DNA of 57,742 nt, the filler included, from Bipalium vagum (taxonomy: Eukaryota), in the NCBI GenBank assembly GCA_037834085.1. It is 3 parts of 3 records of this genome, joined end to end, with 100 filler letters (N's around TTAATTAATTAA, not from the genome) between each part and the next. Parts side by side here need not be neighbours in the genome. Positions count along the whole stretch, not along the records: positions 1 to 23,456 come from JBBMKC010208820.1; 2 more parts are not named here. One strand, written 5' to 3'. Below are positions 1-9,552 of the stretch, in pieces. How positions within the stretch are numbered: position 1 is the first letter of the stretch; every line of letters begins with the position of its first letter. Below the pieces are notes generated by a model, which worked only from the letters and a program-made list of their open reading frames with translations, was not told the origin of the DNA and did no database searches. Made by a program: the position numbers and the translations under genes.

Positions 1-269
1 AAAGTAAATAAATAAAAAGAAAAATAGTCATAAGAAAATTTTAAAAGCAACGAATCACAAAAAATCAAAATAAATCGAAGACAACTATAGAGTATTAAAA
101 TAATAAATAGACTATTATAATAGAAAAAGGAAATTAAAATATGTAAAATAAAAATGAAATAAAACTTCAAGCTCTTGTTCAGATGTGAATTTAATTAAAT
201 ATGTTGAATTTTGAGTTAATGGCGAGTTTAAAGTTCGAATAATAATAATAATAATAATATTTTTAATAA

Positions 270-530
270 TAATTAATTAAAAAGTACGTTAAAACAAAAA
301 AGGGGTAATTAATTATTTCCTAAAACGATCTAATTTTGACAATGACGAACCTAAATTACCAAGATTAGATCAGGATCCTGAAGGATGGACCGATATAGAA
401 TTAACGAGCTAAAAAGGGAATTGACATTCCCTATTGATAAAACTGGTCTACGATTGATTGAACGTCTGACCAGAATAGTATTTAATGAGTTGGAATCCGC
501 AGTGAATGTTCACAAAATTCTACGAAAGAT
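270..530 (+). repeat. Dispersed repeat copy 1 (about 260 bp) with short ORF (ELTFPIDKTGLRLIERLTRIV); inverted second copy at 45405-45668
   Basis: Direct visual alignment with the reverse complement of 45405-45668. The match is colinear and includes the upstream AT-rich leader. Confidence 0.85.
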
Positions 531-536
531 ATTTGC

Positions 537-1230
537 ATGTCAAAAGAGACAATTTTTACGGAATCTATTGATACGTCAGAAGAGGCAATTGTTCATTGGA
601 AGGAAGCTGTCACATCTTTATCACACAGTGTCCTCTTTGTGACAGGAGCTTACGACGGGTCTTGTACTGTTAGAGGGTTTCTGATCGAACCGGATTGGGC
701 TCAGCAAACCGCCTTTTGGACCTGTCGTCAACAGATCGGTGAGAGGATTATAATTTTTTAAATTTCAGGCATTGTTATTGACGAATCGATTTGATTATTT
801 GAGACATTGTGGTTGTTACTTTGTTAATGAAGTGTTATTTGTAGTGGTTTTGATTCATTCATTTGCATACATGTTTTGACAAAAGTGAAAAATCAGTAAA
901 CTTTAGGAGCTAATTGTTACGACTTGGTTCATAGTAAATTAATAGCGTAACACTATTCATTCTTATATTATCTCTGTGTCCTCAATATTGATTTAACCAA
1001 ACAATTATTTCGATGCTCTTATATCATAGCTTTTGATTGGAGGTAGAATTTATTTACTTAATGCCATTTTTCTTCGATACACACCAAATTTGTGTTACTT
1101 TTATTACGGAGTATTGCAAAAATTTTCCTGCAAATGTTATACAGTTGTGGTACAGGTTCATATGATCAACCGGTAAAAGACATGACGTGCTTATGGATAA
1201 TTGTTTGTTTCACCTGGCAACTTGTAATTT
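537..1230 (+). pseudogene. Degenerate WD40-repeat gene fragment
   Basis: HWKEAVTSLSHSVLFVTGAYDGSCTV (about 590-670) and HTKFV...CGTGSYDQPVK (about 1080-1180) resemble WD40 H..V......TGS.D..VK repeats. There is a GT-AG-like intron at 739-768, with stops and frameshifts between the repeats. Confidence 0.4.
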
Positions 1231-1565
1231 TGTGTATTTTTATTTATATAAAAAATTTTTAAAATTAAGATTTCACATAAACACTGAATTCAGTTGTAAC
1301 TTGTGCCTATCTATAGCATTTCTTTAAAAAATCAATTTCTTCATAAATTTGTTTTATTATTTTTATATTATATAATGATTTATAAATAATTTCACGTATG
1401 ATAAAATTTTTATTCTTATCAATAACTCATTACTTTGAATTTAATTTTTTGAATGAGTTTTTATTAAAAAAAATAAATTATTTTGAAATTCAATAGTCTG
1501 GTGAATTGAAGTTTGTTTTAATATTTAACTACTTTAATTAAAAGACATCAATTCAATTTTTATAA

Positions 1566-2094
1566 ATGGTTTGTTTTTATGCTTAATGTATTTTTAATTT
1601 TGATATTAACTAGTTGCCTCTTAGTTTAATTAAGGCTTGTATGAATAAGCCAATAGTAAGTAACATTTAATTTTCTTTTAGTTAATAAAATAAATAGTTA
1701 GTTGAACTGAAAAATAATGAAACATACAATGGTCACTTAGCAGTGTGTGACAGTTTTATGAATATACAGTTAAAAAAAGCGATTTGCACATCGAAGGTAA
1801 AATTATAGAAAATGTATATTAAATATTGTTTTAAAGGATGGAGATAAGTTTTGGAGTATTCCTGAAGTTTATATTAAAGGCAATACTATAAAATTTATCC
1901 GTATTCCTCCTGAAGTTATTGACACTGTTATGGAAGATGTCAAAGTTAGAGCTCCAGTTCGGCCAAATACTGGCTCAACACAATTCAGAGGAACTGGAAG
2001 AATAACAAACAATCAACAAGGTAGAGGAAGCTCACGTGGTCGTGGGTTCTCAAATCGAGGTAGCCGAGGCGGTAGCAGAGGAAGGGGAATATAA
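1566..2094 (+). CDS. LSM4: U6 snRNA-associated Sm-like protein LSm4, complete, 133 aa
   Basis: Exons 1566-1568 (ATG), 1614-1655, 1698-1796 and 1837-2094, joined by 45/42/40-nt GT-AG introns. Translation: [72 protein letters not shown]... with an RG/RGG-rich tail. This matches the LSm4 Sm1/Sm2 motifs. Confidence 0.95.
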
Positions 2095-3169
2095 ATATAT
2101 GTGTTGATTGTAATTATTTTCTCAATATTTGTTTTTACTGCAGTTCCCAATTTTTTATAAATTTTAATTTTCGTTATTTATTTTGGTTATTGAGATTTAT
2201 CATTGGTTGATATATGATTAGATGATCTTCCTTCATCATTTCAAATTAAAATTTTTTCAAATTAATTATTTAAATTATTAGTTAAGAACTTTAAAAGAAA
2301 AATGTTAATCATAAAAAGTTCATTTTCATCAATATTTTTCTTTGGGGAATAGATAAAAAGAATTTAGTAACTTTTGTATAAGATAAATGACAATATTTGG
2401 TAAAGAGATCAAATTAGAATTTTTTTTTGTTGGTATTGATTTAAAATTGGTTTTTGTAATAATTTATGTAAAAACTACAATTCAGAAAATAATGAAAGTA
2501 AAAATGAGTTGACAACTCGGCTTCTGAAATTGACTAAAAGATAGGACAATGAAAAAGCACAATTTTTGATAATTTTGTACTATTTATTAATAATAAATTA
2601 CTTTCAAATTTTATGTTACGAGTTTTATAATTATAATTGATGTTTAAATACCTGATTAATTAAATTTTAATACTTTAGCTTATTTTGATTTATAATTGAT
2701 AATAATAAAAACATCAAAAACTTGATACATGGACATCATAAATTCACATAAACAAAGGAAATATGTCACAAAAATATACTAAATTCATGGATTGATCTAT
2801 TGGTATTTAACTGGTTTCTTATTTTTATGGTTTAATTTGAGCATTGTGATGCCTTATGTAGCCATTAATAATGAGAGAAATTTCTTACTAAAATAATATG
2901 ACAAGTTTTATTATACACAAAAGCAGGAACAAAATAATAAGCATTGTAATATCAATACAATTCACACCACACCTCACAACCAGTAGAGAGTTCGTCAAAA
3001 CATACAGAATCCTATCCACAATACGTTTGGCTTCACAAATATAACACCTCAGAACTCCACTCGGTTGTCACGGTAACCTCAAAATTAATAAATCATACTA
3101 CCAATATAACAATTTTCGCAACCTCCACAAATTGATATTCATATAATAAAATTAAGTTAGATTAAAACA

Positions 3170-4690
3170 TGTTCAATGCTAAGTAAAAAAAATCGAAATC
3201 GATTGGATAATATTGCAAAAATCCCGATACCGATGGGGTTGCAAAATTTGGTGAATTCGGAAGTCCTGTAAAAGGAACGAAAAGATCCTCCCACACCAAC
3301 GGAGTGGTCAATGACAAAAATACTGGACGTTCGAACAGGTGGACAGGAGAATCCGTATAATCATGTCAAAGATTCAACGGACATATCCGACAGCAACCTA
3401 TTAAAAATTATTGAGAAGATCGAGAGATCTCCTGACTTGATATCTGACGGATCGTCAAGCTCCCCCCCCTTGTGTGAAGTATGAATACTTAAAATTCTTC
3501 ACCGGGAGAAGTAAGAATGACGTCGTAGCTAAGGCATTTTCGAAACTTAAGTTACAATGTGCTCAATGTACAAAGGAGTACCAGGTCCGGGCGCGAAGGT
3601 GCCTTAATCATGACAAGCACATGATTAGAGCACACCATGTACCAGTGCCTATGTGGGATGATCCCTAATAGAAATGTTTTTTTCCATCATTTGGAATCAT
3701 ACAAGGATTCACCTGATAGCAAGCTATCTTCTTTCACCATCCGTTACTAGAAATGGTAATTACGGAGTATAAGAGTATGGAATGACTTGGAGTTATTGGC
3801 AATAAAAGTCTTCTTCCGGGCCAAAGTAGAAGATGCTGTTAAACATCATCGTCCACAACCTTGATACAAAAAAGGTGGGAGAATTCTATTGTCTATCCCA
3901 TTTTGCTAGTCTATTTAACTGGCAAAAACAGTCTGGACAGTCCGTTGGAATGCGGGGTACTGGTTGATTTTTCTGGTGCTGCATATCTGCTGGATCCCAT
4001 GATAGGAAACTGTCATGATGGTGAGAGGGAGCTCTTAGAAGTACTGACGAAAGTCATAAAATATCTCAGTAGTCCCCAATAAAATCTCAGGATAGATCCC
4101 AGCATCCTCAAAAAGGTTTTGTCTCGGCCAATCAAAAAAAGGAGATTGTAGGTTTTTCATTGTCCAATTGTAGCTGATTTCTGCAAAAACTCCAATGAGT
4201 TTAGAGCACCAAATATTGAGGAAATGGAGAAATTCGAATACACCGAAATTCATTCTCCAATTTTTTTTAAAATTGAAAAGGAACGGCAACGTTTAAACGG
4301 CGAGCAAAAACAAAAATCAATTCACCACATTCTGCTCAACCAGCTCGATCGGCTTACTGATCCGATGGCTAATTTTACGGAAAATCTAAAATCCGCCAAA
4401 TAAGCCCTGATTCAAGTATTTCCTGAAAATGAGAAAAAGCAGGAAAAGCCGATAATGAAATTGTTAAATACGGGTAAGAAAACATACTCCATCCAATATA
4501 GGTTCAATCAGAACCCGAAGGAGGTTTTCGAGTCATATATGCCTTCGGCAGCAGTCTCGACTTATCCATCAAAAGTAGAATTAGAAAATCACTTTAGGAA
4601 ACTGAGTTTCCCGGGATTATCTTGGATTTCTATAACGATTTTCACAATTTCCAGGCTCGATAGAGCGAGGAGATTGGCGTGACAGATACT
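3170..4690 (+). mobile_element. 5' part of a decayed RLE-type (NeSL/R2-group) non-LTR retrotransposon: zinc fingers, protease-like remnant, pre-RT region
   Basis: Zinc-finger-like CAQC...HMIRAHH and YQCLCG...FHHL. VWNDLEL...SPLECGVLVDFSGAAYLLDPM...SPQ loosely follows Ulp1-type motif order. IQYRFNQNPKEVF...PSKVELENHFRKL resembles the region just before RT in R2/NeSL proteins. Many stops and frameshifts. Confidence 0.6.
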
Positions 4691-4789
4691 TAGTGTGCTT
4701 TCAAAATATGGTATTTTGCTCAAAATGTACTTATTTTTATATTTATTTTATTATTCTATATATATTTGTATAAGATTTAAAAATCGTAA

Positions 4790-5000
4790 TTCAATCCATG
4801 GCTCAGGATAGGATTACACCGGTGATTGCTTAATGGCCAGTAGTTTGACATCCAAGGCTCATGGGTTGAGAATAAAAAGAGTAAATAAGTAACCCTCAAT
4901 GAATGAATCAAGGAATTGTATCCTGACTCATTTGCTCATCTACACGGCAATATCCTGGATTAGCCAGACTGCAAGACTGAAGGCAGAAGGGTGAAAATGG
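4790..5000 (+). mobile_element. Possible tRNA-derived SINE-like remnant carrying a twister-ribozyme-like motif
   Basis: GC-richer island with weak A-box-like tgcttaatgg and B-box-like gggttgagaat. 4936-4994 resembles the twister motif order. Confidence 0.3.
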
Positions 5001-5944
5001 ATATAAAGGTTGGATTTCATTTCTTGCACATATGGTATTTTATGTGTCAAAACTTTTTATGGTGAAGGGAATTTTATTTTTATTTTTAAAACAGTTTGTA
5101 AATTTTCGTGAATGGCTTATTCACAAAAACTTAACACATAAAAATAGTCACTAAGGTATTTCGAAAACTCATATATAAGGTCTTTGTTTTTACTTTACAG
5201 TTTCTGTGATATGATTATAATTTTATGACTTAAGATATAAAGTATTTTTCGGAATAATTAGGGACTGATGTGTTAAAGGAGTTGTGAATTCTACATTTTA
5301 GACTAAAATAAGACTTTTTGTCTTGGTTTTCTTTTTATGTGTGAATGATGAGTATGTTGTATGTGTTGTATTCTGCACTACATAAGATTAATGAAAAGCA
5401 AGTTAGTCTTTTCTTGCAATCATTCATAAATTTCAAAATCCAAGAAGACGAAGACAAGAATGAAAACATGATGAAAAAGTGAAATAAACTAAGTGAAGAT
5501 CAAAAAGAAATATGAAAAAGAAGATGGTGCAAAAGTGTTATTAAATAAAGTGTTGCTTTTTTAGTCTCACAATATTCATATAAATAAGACGGTATATATA
5601 AGTCCAGTAATTTCCGGTAATATAACAACTTGACATTCATCTATTACTTCATCAGATTTTTCCATATCTTTCTTTTCAACCTGAGACTCAGATGCTCAAT
5701 TCTGGGTTTCACTTTTACTGCACACTTCATCATATTCAACACCAAATAAATCTACTATCGTAATTCCAGTGATGTATAACATAATGATGAGCCAGATACT
5801 ATTACTTATTTGATACTGCCCTTGTGCTGGTGTTGTTGGTAATACCCTTATAGTCCGCATCAATCTGGGGTTCTTAGTATGGTTATAGAGTCCCTCCTCA
5901 TCTTCATCTTTGATCGATGTATTGATTTTAATTTTAGTAATCAC

Positions 5945-6417
5945 TGTAGGTTGTGATTACTAAAAGCATGTCATTGTGTACAGAGCGTCATAATGTTTGT
6001 TTAAAGAAAATTGCTGATGCACTTTGTAGTCCTGACATTATTGTAGTCATGGACAAGAAATGTGAGTCCTTGAAAGATTGCAACGAACGTGTTGATCTTT
6101 TGATCACACATGTTGAGAAAAAATGATTTTTCTCATTGATATCAAATGTCCTGAAAAATTTCAGGAATTCAGATGAAGACAATTTAGCTAAATGCGCAGA
6201 GCTTCGTAATCAACTTCAAGTGTTGAAGGCTGATTATAAAGTTGTACTGATACATGTTTAATTGGATCCCTAGGAACAGTGCCGCCAGAAACAGTTGATG
6301 TATTGGAGAAAATCGGTGTCCGGAGGTCAAAAATTGGTCAACTTCTCAAGGAATGTGCAGCATCAAATATTGAATAATCATCAAAGAACTGGCAATACCA
6401 TATTACAGGAATCTTGA
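5945..6417 (+). mobile_element. 3' end (restriction-like endonuclease domain) of an RLE non-LTR retrotransposon
   Basis: Reading through frameshifts gives SLCTERHNVCLKKIADAL...ERVDLLI...IFLIDIKCP...DNLAKCAEL...IGSLGTVP...YHITGIL*. These are the RHN, (R)PD-like, D-x-K, K-Y-like and GSLG motifs typical of R2/R4/NeSL RLE domains. Confidence 0.8.
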
Positions 6418-8229
6418 GATCTATTTAGAACTGTGACATTCCCCGATGTCGACAAAGCTGGGCGAAGAAGGCTGAAGCAAAATTTTACTAAAGTGAAGAG
6501 CTCATCCTACAAAGATCCATGAAGATCAACTGTGTCCTGAAGAAATAAACTCAAAATTATTTTTATTAAATAAATTCTATATTTAATACCTTAAATCGCC
6601 TAGTACGACGATTTAAATAAAGATTTTTTCAATTTTTAATATCGTTCAATTCGATCTGTTTACAATTTAGAAAATTTTAAACAATGGATACAAAAATAAT
6701 AATGATTAAAAAATGATTTATGTTTGAAAACTAAAATAAACATTTTGAGAAATTTAAAAAGTCTGAAACAATGAGAGTTAGTGAAGAAATAGAACCTGCG
6801 TCAATCTACGGTTGCAATGATCAAATCCAATGAGATGAAGATTCACCAAATGTTCTAATTTAATGTGAAAGAAACAAAAAAGAGGCGTCGAAATTGTACA
6901 GCAGTTGAACGGAATAATAATTGCTATAACTTCAGAAGCTCTTTATTCGTGGTGAAAGAAGTTCTTCGGATTATTTCACATTATTCTAGTCTAATTAGGA
7001 ATGTCTTCATTGGACATTTCACCAGAAATAAGTGCGAATAGAGAGCCTAATAGCACCGTCTTTAGAGGTAAATTTGTTTAATAATTTTCAAAAACTGAAA
7101 CCGATTAAAACATCATTTTCTAATCCTGTAAGGTAAAAATTAGAACTTAGATTCTATTTATTTCACTCAAGTTTAGAATTTAAACTCTAAAAGAATTAAA
7201 AAAAGAAAGGCAATTATTTCAATTTATTCATTTATGAAAATCTGATTTCTTTTTCTGAAAGGTTCCAAACAAATTTGCGCTTAGAAAAATCTTAAGGGTA
7301 AAATTTTCTTTGTAAATTACTGTATTGAATATCATGTGGTATCTTTATAATAAGTATAAGGATTAAAGGTATTAAGTCCACTAATCTAGTTACCTAAAGT
7401 CATAGTGAAGATGAGTTGAATACCTGAACGTTCCAAGGAGAGGCAGAGTACAGGAAGTATTAAACTCAATAAAGAATCTTTCCTATGTGAATACATCATG
7501 CATAAGTCGTCGTTTTTAGAATAGTAATTTGACGTTTCTGAATTGGAATAAACTACATATTTTAGGTAGAGAAATTGTGAATATTACAATTTATTAATCA
7601 GAAATTGCTGGGGGAATATAATAAAAATTAAAATGATGATGATGATGATGATGATAACAATACTCTTATTTTATCAACTTAAGCAACTTAACTATTTAGC
7701 AAGTTTCATAATTAGCTATTCAGTCGGTATTGAATAGATTGGGCCGATTGAATACTAATGTCCATTGTTTCATAGGCACGCTGCTCTTTCATCCATTGTG
7801 AAAGGATCCTAATTACTTTGCAACTTATTTTCGTCTCAGTTCCAGGGTCCACGCAATCGGTTTTATTTAATTGTCCCAAACTTTGTCTCTCAGGCATTGA
7901 TATACTTTCCTAAAGCGGATGAGCTGAACAAGTCTCAACGCACCTAATCTGATAATTATTTAATAAATTATATGAATAATTTCGAATAAATAAAAAAGTT
8001 TAGATTTTTTGTTTAGCACTTAAAATGAAGCTATAATAATTGTTTATTTTGCTTTTGACACCTCCATACTCTTTATTTTCTTTTATCCGGTTTTACAAAA
8101 GTTACATGTTTGGTCTTCAAAAGACAAATACCTTGTCAGATCGGTTTGATTAATTTGAGTCCAGAATCTGTGAATTTGTATCATTAATAAAATAAAAATA
8201 TAGTAGCATTGATTGAGTTTTATTGATCA

Positions 8230-8560
8230 TCAGGGAGATCTAGACTCTCCAACTCTAATTGGTAAAATTGCCAATTTGGTGGGATCAGCTTTCCAATCAC
8301 CAACATCAAATATTTAAAATATATTCTGAAGTTATTATTATTCTCATTGAACACTGGGCAGTATTATCTAGCTATAAATTTTGACAATGACAATAATGAA
8401 ACAATCTGACGCGAGAAAGTTATTGTTCTTTGGTTTCATTTGAAGCCCCCAAATTCTGTGAAGTTCAGACATCTGAGTAAACATGAACAATTTTTCATTG
8501 TTTAACGAGAATCTAACGATCTTTCTGTGATCAGAGCTCTTGTGATATTCTTAAGGGGCT
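8230..8560 (-). mobile_element. Highly decayed Ty3/Gypsy RT fragment
   Basis: GDWKADPTKLAIL resembles the G..PDP.K..AI motif. The other RT motifs are only faintly visible. Confidence 0.3.
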
Positions 8561-9089
8561 CATTACAATGCAACTTGTTTTTATCAATAAGGTAGCGGTT
8601 TTTTCTGAAAAATACCAAAATTGTCCTTCTAATTAATTTATATTATTCTTTTGAAATAAAAACATGATTAAACTTTATTCATGAAATATGGACAAAAATG
8701 TTTCAAAAAAGAAAGATTACTGGAGATCAAAAATGGATTGTTTGAGCAATTTCTTTTGAAGAAGATCATGAGTAAAGATGAAAGGGTGAGTTAACTTTAA
8801 AATCAAAAGAACATGATCTCACATAATGGACCTTTATATTTTCATTTTGAAAACAAAACATTAAAATAACTTAATATTGATAAAGTTGCACTTTTATTTT
8901 TATATATTTACATTAACACAATTTCATCCATGCGGTAAAGAAGCTTATATAAATAAATCCAGTACCGAAATCATCTTTCTATGTAATCTTCCAATATTTT
9001 CATTTAGTTTTTAAAAATATTTCCTTTAACAGGGATCTGTTCAAATTAGACTATTTTAAGCTACATTTCTAAAATTTTTCCTTTGCAGA

Positions 9090-9318
9090 TAAACCCAGAA
9101 ACCCAAATTTCAAGTTGGTAATAGTTCTGTTCAAGATACACTACGCTGTGGTGAGCAAATGGAGACTGATGAGAATAAATTAAAAAAACGTCTTTCATGG
9201 AGACTGTTGCGAAGTATAAATCAATTCATCTTTTTTGCTAAGATGCCTATTTTATCAGAGACAATTGTCAAGGGAAAGAATAGCACTTTTGCAAGTGAAA
9301 TTGTATAACATTGCTGGA
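9090..9318 (+). mobile_element. Tigger/pogo transposase N-terminal (CENP-B-like HTH) fragment, cut by N gap
   Basis: KFQVGNSSVQDTLR...KKR...MPILSETIVKGKNSTFASEI resembles pogo KF.VG.ST+..I.K...P+SG.++.EKA..FA. Confidence 0.5.
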
Positions 9319-9483
9319 NNNNNNNNNNNNNNNNNNNNNNNNNNNNNNNNNNNNNNNNNNNNNNNNNNNNNNNNNNNNNNNNNNNNNNNNNNNNNNNNNN
9401 NNNNNNNNNNNNNNNNNNNNNNNNNNNNNNNNNNNNNNNNNNNNNNNNNNNNNNNNNNNNNNNNNNNNNNNNNNNNNNNNNNN
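9319..9483. other. Assembly gap (165 N)
   Basis: Run of N. Confidence 1.
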
Positions 9484-9552
9484 TTTTAAAAACCAAATGA
9501 TTTATTTTGCTTACAGTAAAATTAACAAATATTTCTTTTTTTTATAAGGATC

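Noticed and set aside
6780-7100. Merlin N-terminal zinc-ribbon remnant
   Set aside because: Cys spacing is only suggestive and there is no diagnostic motif.
9160-9200. ctgatgag hammerhead-like core
   Set aside because: No GAAA with a valid stem II or III. It lies in the Tigger-like reading frame (ETDENK).
9221-9547. ORF-track entries with X runs
   Set aside because: Artefacts of translating the N gap.
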